From the NCBI GenBank assembly GCA_020891255.1, contig BQFW01000015.1:868001-932000 (forward strand): 64,000 nucleotides of DNA. Direction: 5' to 3'. The DNA is from Entomortierella parvispora E1425. Taxonomy: Eukaryota > Fungi > Mortierellomycota. A program made the translations under genes and the position numbers. Positions 1 through 12,613 of the stretch are shown here, piece after piece (within the stretch, counting starts at the first letter, position 1; each line of letters opens with the position of its first letter). Below the pieces are notes generated by a model. The model had not been told where the DNA came from, ran no database searches, and saw only the letters and a program-made list of their open reading frames with translations.

Positions 1-633
1 AGGTGAAGAGACAAGAGAGTGGGAAGGACATTGGATGTGTAAGGCAGTCATTTTCTGAAGAGGCGAGGGTATAGAATGGCCCAAAAAGAAAGACCACAAT
101 CCCAACGCAAAGAGACAAATGGTGGGCACAGCAATGTCCAAAGCAGACCAAGAAAGTGAAAAAATCGAAAGACGAGAGAAAATGCTGGAAACAGCGGGCT
201 GTTGACGGAAGGGAGGAGGAGGAGGGTAAGAAAGGAGGGGAGACTTCCAAGCAGGAACTGTGTTGTAAAAACTCGAGAGGGACCGCATGGCGGCTGCAGT
301 GGGGGCAATTGACAGACAGATCAGCCACAAGAGAAGGAACCAAGTTCTGCGAGGAGATCGGGAAGGGTTTATCTCAAGGTGGGATAAAGCTGCTGGAGGG
401 GCAAGAGGAGCCAAAGAAAGCGAGATGAAAGAGGGTGGAGCGGAACGAGACAACAACAAATGGTCTGTGCGCAGCCATTGGCGGACGCGGATCCAGGGTT
501 GTGCAGAAACTGGATCCTGAATTAGTAGCGCGGTACTTGCGTCGGTATCAGAACATGCGCGTCCTGGAGCAGTGGCCACGCAAGAAGAGACAGAGAGACG
601 TGCATCTGGAGCTATTGGAGACGAGATCGGCAT
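1..633 (-). CDS. Possible hypothetical (membrane?) protein, runs off the window start
   Basis: The minus frame is stop-free from 690 to base 1, with ATG at 633 (MPISSPIAPDARLS...RRTWFLLLWLICLSIAPTAAA...). The purine-rich plus strand makes stop-free antisense frames more likely, so this could be spurious. Confidence 0.3.
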   Translation of the reverse strand, partial: MPISSPIAPDARLSVSSCVATAPGRACSDTDASTALLIQDPVSAQPWIRVRQWLRTDHLLLSRSAPPSFISLSLAPLAPPAALSHLEINPSRSPRRTWFLLLWLICLSIAPTAAAMRSLSSFYNTVPAWKSPLLSYPPPPPFRQQPAVSSIFSRLSIFSLSWSALDIAVPTICLFALGLWSFFLGHSIPSPLQKMTALHIQCPSHSLVSSP

Positions 634-1155
634 TGGGGTATAAAAAAGAAAAAAAAAGGGAAATGACTTATCAGAAGACGAGGCATACTCTTATATAGGA
701 ACAAGTGTCCAGCGCATTATTGCGGGAAGACAAAACAAGAAGAGCCGCGGATGATGCGGACGAGACGGTCAAGACTTCGGAGTGGCCCAGTGCGGATCTG
801 AGTCCAAGAGATTGATTACCCAAGAGGCGGCTGAAGGGCAATAATGTTGCACAGCATGGTGACTGCACGTGACACAAGGCATTGCAACGATCCTTTGTCA
901 GAAGCTGTTGCTTGTCAATGGCTCCTCTGCAAAGGCAAAGCAATGGCAAAGCAAAGAGTCGAAGCTTGAATGCCACTGGTGCATCTCCATGCAGTGCTTT
1001 GAGCGTGTGAAAAAAATTGGGGGAGCTTCTCTCGATCGTATAAAAGCAGCCTCCAAAACCAGCTGGTCAGTTCAACCATCTCTCAAAATCTCGCTTTCGT
1101 CTGTAGTGATCATAGACTCCTCTCTTCCTTTTCTTTGACACCACCAGGAATCAAC

Positions 1156-2145
1156 ATGCTTGCTGTACAACAATGCTACGTTATCAAGGAGGCGCCCGGA
1201 AAAGGCTTGGGGATGTTTGCCACCCGAGACATAAGGCGGGGTGAGTGTATTCTTGCCGAGTCGCCTCTTGTCTACGGCACCCCCGACTTTATCGAAACGC
1301 AGCGTGCAATCGATGCCATGTCTCCAGCCGACAAAGAGTCTTATTTTGCGCTTCACAACGTACACTCTGACTTGCCAGCCGCGATTGGTATTATGAAGAC
1401 CAATGGCTTGCCATTGGGGGTCGATTCAGTCGAGTGTGCCGTGTACAAGCACGCGTCTAGAATCAATCATTCTTGCGACCCAAACGTCCATCACGCATGG
1501 CACTCCAGGCCAAGGAAGGAGTACATTCACGCCATCAAGGACATTGCTGCTGGCAGTGAGATCCTGACATCCTACACAGTAGAGTTCAAGGTGCGCGAGG
1601 AACGGATGACGTTCCTTCAGCAGCATTTCATGTTCGAGTGCCAATGTCGCCTTTGCGCCACTCCCTCGCCAGAGTACGATGAGACTGTCAGACGCATCAA
1701 GATTTACTCGGACCGGATCCCACCGTGTGCCAGCCTCCAGCCGAGAAGGTCCATTCAGTATGTCCGCGATATTCTGGCCCTTTTGGATACCATTGGTGGC
1801 AATGGCAAGACTCGATTCTACTATGATGCTTACCAGATCTGTGCCATGTATGGGGACTACAATTTTGCACAAAAGTGGGCTGATCTCTTGTTGGAGTCCT
1901 ACATCATGGATGAAGGTTTAGATGGAGACGAGTATGACGTTACTTGCGATACAGAAATGACCCCCGCTCGCATGAACGTGCCGGATGTGCCCCACGTCAA
2001 ATCCTTTCTTAGAGCCATCTATCGTAGACAATTCAATGCACAGCCAAGTTCTATTGGGTGTTTCATCTACTCAGCAATCGTATCAATAAAGAAATCTTTC
2101 GCTTTAGCCCTTGGAAGAGAAGGAGGGGGCCTTCGCGCACCTTGA
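1156..2145 (+). CDS. SET-domain lysine methyltransferase-like protein (fungal SET5/SMYD-like); probable frameshift near the C-terminus
   Basis: Motifs GKGLGMFATRDIRRGE, ASRINHSCDPN, SEILTSY and post-SET FECQCRLC, followed by a helical C-terminal region. A more family-like ending lies in another frame from 1938 to TAG at 2010-2012. Confidence 0.85.
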   Translation: MLAVQQCYVIKEAPGKGLGMFATRDIRRGECILAESPLVYGTPDFIETQRAIDAMSPADKESYFALHNVHSDLPAAIGIMKTNGLPLGVDSVECAVYKHASRINHSCDPNVHHAWHSRPRKEYIHAIKDIAAGSEILTSYTVEFKVREERMTFLQQHFMFECQCRLCATPSPEYDETVRRIKIYSDRIPPCASLQPRRSIQYVRDILALLDTIGGNGKTRFYYDAYQICAMYGDYNFAQKWADLLLESYIMDEGLDGDEYDVTCDTEMTPARMNVPDVPHVKSFLRAIYRRQFNAQPSSIGCFIYSAIVSIKKSFALALGREGGGLRAP

Positions 2146-2639
2146 GGGAGCGAGGGCGCGGTACACGACCTGAATACAAGAGCTGCTTCCCAAGGTGTCG
2201 TCGAGGATAATCCAACATCAATTTTAGGTTCCATGTCTGGTGGCTAGTGACTGTGGGAGGCACGGTGCTTAACATGTCGGATTCAAGGAGGCGAAGCTGC
2301 TAGCGGAGCAATTGATACGCAGAGCTTTAGCAAGGGCACACTTTTGTATAAATACCCAAGACGGACCCCCATCGTTTTTCCCCTCACCCGCTCTAGCCCC
2401 TGGCTAAGATCAAGTGTAGTATCTGTTCTTATTATTTTGACGAATAATAGTCCCCACCTTCGGGGAACGACGATCAATTTGATTTTTTAAAAATGGCGGA
2501 CCCAGCTCTGGCTCGCTAACTCTGCGGTCCTGCCACTGGTATCCTTGGTATTGCACTATTTCCAAGTTGATGCCGACAATACTTATTTTTCATCTTGCCC
2601 GCAAAAAAAAAAAAAAAAAAAAAAAATATGGTTGTAATT

Positions 2640-3677
2640 TTACGCGTCTTTCCGCGAGCTTTTCCTCCTCGAGGGCTTTTTATTGTCGCTGGCCAAGACT
2701 TCTTCTAGAGTCAGAGTTTCAATCACGGGTTGAAATTCAAACGATTCTTTGTTGCTCTTATCTTTGACCGTTGTGGTGTCCGAGTTCATGGCATTGGCTC
2801 CATCCTGGTCCTGGTCAGTGGGGTCTGTGGTGGATGAGGAGTTCGAGTGATATTTCTTGGCCGATTTTCTAGCCATCCGCTTCTTCTTTTCTCGGATCTT
2901 GTCAGCTTTCTGGCCCCTCTTGGATAATTCGCCATTGTAGTACTCGTCTAGACGACTGATCAGGATCTTTCTGGCCAGTTTCCGGTTCTGAGGCAGAGAT
3001 CGTGTGGCCTGACATTGGACCACGATCCCCGTTTCGAAATGCTTCAACTCCACGTTCGAGTTGGTCTTGTTGATCTTTTGGCCACCGTTTCCTCCACCCT
3101 TGATGAATCTTTCGCGAAAGTCGGTCTCCAGCAAGACAATTTCCTTGTATGCAGAAGGTCGGGGAGGTCGCTTGTCCGTGGCACCTTTTGAGGCCTCTTG
3201 CTTCGGAGGAGTTGTCACCACAGTACCGACCATGCCCTTCTCTTCCATGTCATCCCAGTCGTAGTCCTCATCATCAAGATCATCATCACTATTGTCCTCG
3301 TCCTCATCCTCATCCTCGTCATCGTCATCGCCTCCCCCTTCTGAATCCTGGCTCTGTTCTTTTCCTTGGGCTGGTTTTGATTTTTGTGATTCTATAGTGC
3401 TGGCAGGTGCTTTTTGGATACGGGCAGCTCTCAGGCGAAGATCTGGGTTATCGCGTCCAGGCCCTGGTCGCAAGAATGCGGCTCCTCGGATTTGACATGG
3501 GTGCTTAAATACGGTCCTTGTCCAGGCTGTATATCCGACAGAAGGACTGTGAAAAGAGGCGGCTTTGACCGTGCAGGCGAGTGCTGCGGTAGTAGTGGTG
3601 GAGGCAGTCCGTGTGCCGAGACGGACAGAATGGCCCGTCGGTGAGAGACATTGACATGCAAGTCGGACTGTCTGCAT
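2640..3677 (-). CDS. MTRFR: Mitochondrial class-I release factor homolog (C12orf65/MTRFR-like, GGQ domain)
   Basis: FRERFIKGGGNGGQKINKTNSNVELKH...QATRSLPQNRKLARKIL followed by a basic tail. The Arg/Ser/Thr-rich N-terminus looks like a presequence. Upstream in-frame starts exist up to 3773. Confidence 0.8.
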   Translation of the reverse strand: MQTVRLACQCLSPTGHSVRLGTRTASTTTTAALACTVKAASFHSPSVGYTAWTRTVFKHPCQIRGAAFLRPGPGRDNPDLRLRAARIQKAPASTIESQKSKPAQGKEQSQDSEGGGDDDDEDEDEDEDNSDDDLDDEDYDWDDMEEKGMVGTVVTTPPKQEASKGATDKRPPRPSAYKEIVLLETDFRERFIKGGGNGGQKINKTNSNVELKHFETGIVVQCQATRSLPQNRKLARKILISRLDEYYNGELSKRGQKADKIREKKKRMARKSAKKYHSNSSSTTDPTDQDQDGANAMNSDTTTVKDKSNKESFEFQPVIETLTLEEVLASDNKKPSRRKSSRKDA

Positions 3678-3920
3678 TGTGGAATGGCGATGGTGAAGAG
3701 TGCGGAAGACAAGAGAATTGACCGTGCCATGCATGCTTCGCGGGCCTTTTGGACATTCGTTCGGAGAGATCATTGATCAAGAACTGCACGTGACTGACCG
3801 CGGCAAGGATGAACGCCTGGATGCATGCATAAAAAGAATCGACGCGACCCCATTTTGTCATTCTACACTTTGCTTCGACATTGCATCGACAATCAGGATC
3901 AAGTGCAAAGGACAGACACC

Positions 3921-6900
3921 ATGGACTACCAAGACGAAGAGGAGGCCATCGCTGAGGCCATTCGTCTGTCTCTTCTCGAGTCCAGATCAACAAGTGGCGG
4001 GTCCAACAATACCTTTCAGGGAACAGGTCGAGACCATAGCAGATCCCCAACAGTACAGCGACGACAGCCACCGCCACCGTCGCCGCCAGTGTTGCCCATT
4101 CAGCGACAGAGTACTGTGATTGACTTGACGGACGATTTCGAATCGGATAGTGAAGGCCAAGACTGGCCCACGTTTCCACCCGTTCAGAGGAGATCGCCCA
4201 TTCCACAGGCGCCCCCACCCTATCGCGTTCCACAGCCCGTCCCAGAAGACAGCATGGAGGAAGAAGACGAGGATCTGAAAAGGGCGTTGGCTCTCTCACT
4301 AGAATACGCCGCAAAGGAGGATGCTACTACGACATCCACGGAGCAGCCACCTTCAGAATCGGATAATGCGCCAGTGGCCTTCACTCCAATGTCGTCTGCC
4401 TTAACTGCCCTTCTTGGTGCCAGCAGAGCCGATTTGGAGCGAGAGCGCCAGGAGCGTCTCCAAAAGCGTGGTGCACCCCCCGCCTCGCCACCCACCTCCA
4501 GCACCACCACACTGCCGACTACATCGGGACTTGCAGACGACACAGAACATCGGCGGAAAATCCCCAAAACTGTTCTCTATTCCAAGGACGTGTCTCCTAA
4601 TCCCTCCGCGGCTCCACCATCCTCAGTGCTGCCACTTCCATCTACTATTGCATTCGCATCCAAGGCATCTACGCCTCCGTTGCAAGGAGGATCTACCCTC
4701 TCATCATCTTCCAACTCATCCAAAGTCACAGGAAAGTTTGCAAAGCTGGCAGAGTCTGTCAACTTGTCAAAGGAAGCAAGTTCTTCTTCAAGTCCACCGC
4801 ATATACCTCCGAGAAGACCATCATCCACGGCGAATCAGAGTCCCTCGTCATCCAGGACGCATCCACCCTCCTCCTCATCCTCCTCATTGTTAGCTTCCTC
4901 ATCCTCATCTAGACCTTCATTCTCGACACCAGCATCTTCTTTTGTACCCTCCACTCCAGCATTGTCCTACGCATCCTCTGTTTCATCTCCACCTGCTTCC
5001 AGAGCAGCTTCCAACTCCTCCTCTACAGCGACCTACGGCCCGCGCTATCATCGCGCCACCTTTTTCAACACGTACATCAAAGGGAAAAAGCAGGACCAAT
5101 ACACGATTCGGTTTGGGGATCTGGTGGACAAGAACCATGTCCAAAAAGCCATCGTAACTACTTTCCAGCTGGATCCATCCTGGCTTAACCAGTACCTTCC
5201 TACGACGATATCTCAGTGCCGATTTGTTCATTGGTACAAAGATAAAGGAGAGCAGGTAAAAGGAAATGAAACGTACTGACGTGCAAGCAAGGGTGAAAAA
5301 ACATATTAATGCTGATATTCTATATATTTGTAGCCTGGTTTCCATAGAGTTTCACAACAGGTCGTTGAGGTGCATCCTCCGATGAATGGCAGCATGGGAA
5401 CATTTCACCCGAAATTGATGCTCTTGTTCTACCCTGGGTTCTGTCGCGTTGTGGTGTCTACTGCGAATTTGGTAAGGCCATGTAACAGAAAGATTTTGAA
5501 GAGAAATCAAAGGCACAAGGAGTGGGAAGATTGATATCGACCGCAACGGCTAACATAATGTTTCTTTGTACCCAAGGTGGACTATGACTGGGATGAACTT
5601 GTGAACTCTGTGTATGTCCAGGATTTCAACATGAGACCCAGAGGCCCCGTCGAGGATCCAGAAGACTTGGGCGAGTTTGGCTGCTCCTTGCACAATTACC
5701 TCAAAGTCATGACTGCTCCAGAAAAGGTCTTGCGCGTTATCTGCGCGATTGATTTCTCAGAAGCCAAGGTAATTCAAAATACCGACAACTTGTTTACTGC
5801 TGCGGGGAGAGAGAATATAAGTCTGTTTGTTGATACGACCGTTTGCTTGTTTCGTTTTTGTGCATTTTTTTTTTCAGGTTTTACTGGTTCCATCGGTCCA
5901 AGGGTCATTCCCTATTGATTCTAGGCATGCCTATGGTCTTGCCCAACTGGCCAAGATTATGGAGACAAGGACTGTTCCAACACGGTCATGGGATATGGAG
6001 TACACGGTACCTATTCTCTTGCTTTTGTATTTCGTAAACGATACCTCTCTTTTCTTAGTAGACTTATATGTTTTTTTTCTCGGGCCTTCTTGTCATTTAC
6101 TCTTTAGACGGGCTCTCTCGGTAAACTGACAGTACCGTTCTTGAGAGACTTGGATCGCGCTTCCAAGGGATTGGCGCCACGTGTGCGGTCGAGGGTGGAC
6201 GTGGAGGAACGGATGCCATCGATCAAGGTCCTTTTCCCGACGGAGCGTAATGTGCGTGCGTCCAGGAATGGAGAAATGGGAGCAGGCACGATTTGTTTCC
6301 AGCAACAGTACTGGAGGGACCCCGTCTACCCTCGATCCGTCATGCACGATTTCGAGTGTGTAGGCGAGATGAAGGGGTCTTTGATGCACACAAAGGTAAG
6401 AAAAGGTGGAACCAGCGCATATGGCGGCAAGAACAGAAAGAGCCCAAAGTGCTGATGAGCTCCCCCCCCCCCCTTTTTTTTGGCTGTACTGTACTCCTCT
6501 CTCACTCCTCTTATGTAGATGATCCTGGCCAAAGCAGCAACGCCCTCTGGAGGGTCGGGGCGTACATCGGGAAAGTCCTCCGCATCGTCTATCGCAGGAT
6601 GGATATACCTTGGGTATTTTTTTTTTTTTTTTTTTTTTTGTTTGTTCTCTCTCAAAAGTGCATTGACTAAACCCATTTCGCTGTTTGATATCCCCCCTTT
6701 CCTCCCTCCATTGAAACACGTCCTTTTTGCAGATCGGCCAACTTTACAGAGTCTGCCTGGGGAAAGGCCATCAGCAAAAAAGCGGCCGCGGCCACGGTGA
6801 AGAAAACAACAGGCCATACTGCCCAGGAGCTGGCGGCCAACAAGCCCATGTCCAAGAGCGAGGTTCATATCAGCATGCGGAATTGGGAGCTGGGGATCCT

Positions 6901-7072
6901 GTACCCGATCGAAACGGAAGAAGAGCTCGAGTCGTATTTTGGTCCGCAGACCAAGAACTCGTTGTTGTCCTATAATGGCAATACTGAACAGACGTTCTTT
7001 GGCCCCATGCCCGTTCCTTACAAGCGGCCTGTTCGCCCATATGTAGCCGAGGACAGCCCTTGGTTTCGGTGA
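3921..7072 (+). CDS. TDP1: Tyrosyl-DNA phosphodiesterase 1 with N-terminal UIM-like motifs
   Basis: Exons 3921-5255, 5334-5471, 5577-5768, 5878-6006, 6108-6395, 6519-6613 and 6733-7072 total 2517 nt, in frame. Two HxK motifs (GTFHPKLMLL...VVVSTANL; SLMHTK), plus WIYLGSANFTESAWG and RNWELGIL. Confidence 0.92.
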
Positions 7073-7411
7073 AAGGACAATAATTAAAAAATAATAATAA
7101 TAAAAAAAAAAGGCGCGACCCTTGTTCCCACACCTCCCAGGGAGACGACAATATCCACCCCACCCTATCCAGAAAGCATTGGTCGTCATGATCCTGTGAA
7201 CAAAAAAAGGGTCAGGAGAAGTTTTTATTGCTAGCTAGCTGGCAATCAGGGAAATGAGGTGTGCGATGAAAATGACTACAATAGTAAGGGGTGGTGTAAA
7301 AGGAAGTGACCCTTGGGCCCTTGAATGAAAATTTCCTTGAGGAAAAAAAAAAAAGAGAAGAGAATTTTGAAAAAAATGAGGTCGCTTGAACCAAAAAGGA
7401 CTCGAGGACCT

Positions 7412-10400
7412 TTAGTGCTCCTTTTCCACGGATCCGGTCAAGGCTGTTGTTCAAAAGGTAAATGGACGGTGGATGTTAGCTTTGGAACAATATACCAAAA
7501 AAAAAAAAAAAAAAAGGTCCTCCTTCTCCAGGCAACCATTGCATTAGAGGGGTTTCAACCTACCGTCTATGCCAGGAAGAACAATTGGGGCTACATTTCC
7601 ATGATTGGATCCGTTCCTGCCTCCGTTCCTGTATCCAGCATGACTTGCATCTCCTCCAAACGGTTCACCACCATAATTTTCAGAATTAGGGGCAACAGCT
7701 GCCATCCCCGCGCCAGAAAGTTGAGGATGAAGCTGTTGTGGGTTGTGACCTGGATTCATCGGTTGCACCATTGGTCCCATGCCATGGTCCACTCTCTGCC
7801 TCTTGACCACATAGTCCGACGACTCTGGCGCTAGCTTTGGCATTGCGGTTGTCAGAGAGAGCAAGGACGATGCTGGTGTCGCCAAGTCCTGTGGCGTAGA
7901 TGTCCCATACCACATGCTTCCCGAAGGTGTCGCCATGCTCGAGTTCTTGGCCATATTCGAGTTCATAAATGCGTTTGCTAAAGATTTTTTTGAGGAAAAA
8001 GGCACGTCAACAGGTTTAGACTTGAAACAAAGAATTAAAGAAACAGGATATAGAGTATGGTGAACAAACTTACAGGTCAACTTTGAATTGTCAGCTGGGA
8101 GAGATTGTTGCACGCCGGCACCAGATGCAAGGTGGTTGCCAGGGACAACACGACCATGGTCTACACTAGAGACCCCAGAGAGCCCAAGCCCAATGCCTTC
8201 AGCCGATGGGGGGATCATGGTGTTTGAAGCAGATGTGGAAGACGGGACCATTCCATAGTTTGAGTTGGATGTGATGGACGAAATAGAGCCAGTGCTTTGA
8301 TGGTAGCTATGACCGCCTGTGCTTTCGTGACCATATCCTGCTGCCGCCTGGCTTCCATAGGCCTGCTCCTGTCCTGCGTATGCCACGTGTCCAGAACCCT
8401 GGCCTGCATAGCCAACATGAGAGCTGGCGGACAATCCGGCGGAAGTCGAGCCTGGCGTAACAGTTCCAGAGTTCATGGGCGAAGAGATGGAAGCATATGA
8501 CGGTTGAGAAGAATGACTTTGGGCTGACAGACTCCGTTGATGAAGTCCTGGGTATTGCTGTTGTTGCTGGGTTAGCTGCTGTTGCTGAGCATGCTGGTTC
8601 GCAAGCTGTTGTTGCTGTGCCAAATATTGTTGCTGAACCATCTGCTGCTGTTGAACAAGTCGTTGTTGTTGAGCAAGTTGTTGCTGTTGCACTAGTTGTT
8701 GATCCAAGTTGGATGCTGTAGACGGTGCCGAGGTTGAGGAGCCTGAAGAAACCACCTGTGGATTCCTGTGCGTCTGGGTGTTGTATGGGTAAGGTGATGT
8801 GTTCGGGTACGTATGGGAGTACTGGCCCTGAGACTGATATCCTCCATGCGATCCATATCCTTGATGGAACTGAGACGAGCCATAAGCTGACTGCGGGTAC
8901 CCAGAATGCTGTGGTTGCATTGGGTATTGCTGTCCATAGGGTTGTTGATTGTATCCACTGTTATATCCCTGAGATCTCGAGCCCACTGGCGGCACTGGAT
9001 AGCCAGAGTATTGCTGCTGATAGGGGTCGGTCCTTTGAGGCACAGAATACATGGACTGTTGCTGCTGCTGCTGCTGCTGTGGAGGGTATGCACTGCCAGA
9101 ATACATTCCGGCCTGCATGTTTCGTGCGGACGAGTTGACAGCATGCTGCGGCATAGCACCATAGGCGTTGTATGTGCTTGGGGGGTAATCGGTTTGACTC
9201 ATCAGGGGTGGCACAGTCTGCTGTGAGGGAACAGATGCCACAGATGTAGGTGGCGAATTTTCAGCTCCTGTGGTTGAAGATGATATCTTTTTTGGTCTTC
9301 CTCGCTTGAGTGCTGGCGTAGAAGGTGCTGATGATCCATTGGATACGTTAGACATTGTGCTGGAGTGTTCGTCAGTGACATGTCTTCGCAATTCCATTTC
9401 GCTTGAAAATACACTAAATACCAAAGAACAAATGTCAGTTCCAGGTTACAGTTCTGTGAGATTGTCATTTCCAAGGCAACCTGTCTCGACCATTTACCTC
9501 GGGCACTGTAAGTTTGTGGACAGGTTGGAATAATGACATCTGAATCGCTGATGAGTCGGAGAGCCGAGCGGTAGAGATGATAGTGATGTTGAATGCTGAG
9601 GCTTGGGTGGTTGTTGTGGCCGTTGTGGCTGCTCCTCCTCTTTTGTAGCGGTCGTTTTAGGTTGAGAGTCAGCGTCGCTATCTGGCTGCAATTGCGCAGA
9701 CTTGCGTTTGTTCGACTTTGCCGTTTTTGGTGCAGGCTTAGTGGTGACCTTTGGAGTTGATTTTGGCGCTTTGGGGGCCGATCGTTTTGTTGGTTTCGGG
9801 GCGGGTGCAGGCGTTACGCTTGGGGAAGAAGGATAGGACGACGCACTGTTGCTATCCTCGGGAGTACTTGCTCTGGAGGCAGGCTCGCTGGTGTCAACCT
9901 GTTCAGTTTTGTCGGTTGTGGACACCCTTGGCAGCTTTTTGAGAGTCATCGGCTCTCTGAATAAATTCAGCTTGATCTCTGGGTTTCTGTACCCGGGAGG
10001 GAGACAGCTCGCCCAATGCTTAAGCTTTGTCAGCGATTGCGACTCGCTATAGCGCTGCTCACAGACGTAGATCTTCAGTCCTTGCTTCCATTCAACCGGT
10101 CTGCCTCTGGTGTAATCTCGTGGCAGAAGAACAAAGCACTTTTCAATCACTTCGCTGAGCGCATGCGGATGAACCCCAGAGACTCGGACGACCTCATCAG
10201 CATAAAATCGGCTCGAGTACGGATGAACGATTTGATCCGGTCGAAGGAACCAGACGGCATCCAGAGCCTTTTGACCTCTACCGAAAACGAGATGTTAGAG
10301 ACAAAGCAAATGACGATGAAAACCAACTCCACCAAGTTCATACTTTTCTTCCCAAAGACTGAAAATGAGGCCGATCAGAGGTTTGGAAGGGTCCGTTGTG

Positions 10401-12270
10401 TTTTCAAGGTGTACAAAGTCGCCTACAAGAAATAGTACTGTGAGTTTCTAGGCGATTTACTCTTCATTTCTGGCATATGTGCGCCAAAGTTCACGACAAA
10501 AAGAACAAAAAAGGGACAATACCGATTCGAAGTTTTTCGTCGCCAAACTGGATTTCCTCAAATTCGATTTCGTGCTTCACGGGACGTTTGCCAGACGGTT
10601 GACGCCCTCTTCCATTTTTTCCAATGGAGGTCCAGAATAAGCGCTAAGTAGAATGGGGCACGCATTAAAGACTAAAGTCGCACATGCCACACGTTATCAA
10701 TACAAGTTGGTGCAAATTGACGGTTACCTGTAATTCATCTGCGTCCAAATACACTGCAGAGCCCTCCACATTGTAGGTTTTGGCGTTTAAAAACATGAGA
10801 TTCATGTCCTTCTCAAAGGCCTCCATGTTTGGGTACCCATCCTTTTTGATCTTTCGCTCAATGTCTTCAATTGCAATCGGTCTCAAGATCTAATGAAATA
10901 GTCTGCATTAAAATAGACATTCACTTGAAGAGGCAGTCAGCAGAGTGGCGCTAGCCAAGCCATCATAAACAGGTCCTTACCTCTTCATAATAGTCTGGGT
11001 ATTCATCCTCGTCTGGAAGCTCTAGAAAAAGCTCTGCAACCTGTCTTCCTCTGATGGACAGCCAGGAAAAAGAAAAAAAAAGGGAAAAAAAAAAAAGGCC
11101 GTTTCAGAATTTGAGTATCTTTCAGGGCACTCAATGCGGTCGGAACCTCCCCCACTGGCGTCTGTGTGCTTACTCTGCATCGGTGTGGTCTTTGATGATG
11201 GTCAGAATTTTGGAACAGTACTCTTGTGAGAACTGGACAGAGCAAGATGAGAGTTAGTTTTTGCTGCATTCAGTGCGCCACGTTGCCCACATAGGGTGCT
11301 TGTAAAACAGCCAGGGGTTACCTGTTCTTGGGCAGGCTTGTCAGAGCCGTCGTCCATCAAAGCTTTCACCGCAACATCGATGTAGCTCTACCAAAAGAGA
11401 AAAGTGAAAGTCAGGCCTGTGCTCTATATGCGTGTTTTTGTTGTTTAGAGAATATTAGACTATTAGACCAGGGACAAACCTCCAGGGTGGTGGCATCCTT
11501 GTGCACGGTAGAGCCTTCTCTGTTGTACTGTTTGGCATTTGCGGTCATGGTCCTAAGATCGTCCCCGAATTTGGCGAGGTTGTCATTGTTGTATTCGCCA
11601 GCCTCCAGTCGATTCTAACAAGGTCAACAACGAACAATGTTAGCCCTAGAAAGATCCAGCACAGAGGAGAGACAGAGAAAGAGGAGGCGAAAAAAGGAGC
11701 AAAGCGCGGGAAGAGCAAGGTGGGAGCAAGGAAGACAGAGGAGATGAGATGCATGGTGCCTGTTTGCAGCCAGACTGGGCGATAGAACCTTGCCCTTCCC
11801 CCCAACAAACAAAACAAACGACTGGGCCTGGTGGGTCGGTGTGGTCGGTGGTAGAAAAAGGCTGCAAACTCTACCTGGATAACGTCGAGGGCCACGGGCG
11901 ACACGATGAGCTGGTAGTAGTCTGGATAGTCGTCCCGGTCGGGTAGTTCGAGAAAGAGACTCGAGATTGTCCGCCCGCTATAGAAGGAGGGACACGAATG
12001 AGTAAATCAATGAGAGCATGAACGGGAAGGAAAGGAGGAGGAGGAAGTAGAAGAACAAAGAGAGCTTTTCTTGTTCACGCAAGGAGAACAGAGAGAGAGC
12101 GAGAGGAAGTCTCGGAGGAAGGGGATTCGCTGTGCTTACGTCCTGTCCTTGAGATTCTCGAGACGCTCAAGGATCTGGGCCATGGCCTCGGTCTTGTCCT
12201 CAAAAGAGATTCCTTCCAGGATCGAGGCTGGGCCTCTGGCGGCAGCGCTCTTTTTTCGTGGAGGAGGCAT
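7412..12270 (-). CDS. RSC1: RSC1/RSC2-like chromatin remodelling subunit (two bromodomains, BAH domain, Q/S/P-rich tail), multi-exon
   Basis: Bromodomain motifs LFLELPDRDDYPDYYQLI and FLELPDEDEYPDYYE...FEKDMNLMFLNAKTYNVEGS. BAH segments GDFVHLEN...KPLIGLIFSLW and CFVLLPRDYTRGRP...IYVCEQRY. The 3' end is 7412 if a last intron (GTAGGT...CTAAC...CAG) is spliced, otherwise 7544. Confidence 0.82.
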
Positions 12271-12585
12271 GCGCTGCGGTGGGGGGGAATGTTACCGTCC
12301 GTGAGTGAAAGAGTGTTTAAAGTTGGAGCAATTGGATGAGCAATGAAGGACACGGCAGTAGAGTGAAAGAGTGAAGGAGGGGTGAAGTGGCCAGTGGTGC
12401 AATCGGGGGAGAGAGGAAAGAGAGGAAAGAGAGGAGGAAGAAGAGTGAAAGGCAAAGAAGGGTGGTAATGAATGAGGTGTACAGAGCAGAGAGAGGGAGA
12501 GAAAAAGAGAGAGAAAGAAAGAGAGAAAGAGAGAGAGAAAGAGAAAGAAACAAGGCCCCCCTATTTCGGACAAGTGTCTGTGGAC

Positions 12586-12613
12586 AATGAATGAATGAAT
12601 GAATGAATGAATG
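12586..12613. repeat. (AATG)7 microsatellite within an AG-rich simple-repeat tract (~12480-12735)
   Basis: Seven AATG units are directly visible, with nearby (AG)n and GAAA runs upstream of the RSC gene. Confidence 0.95.
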
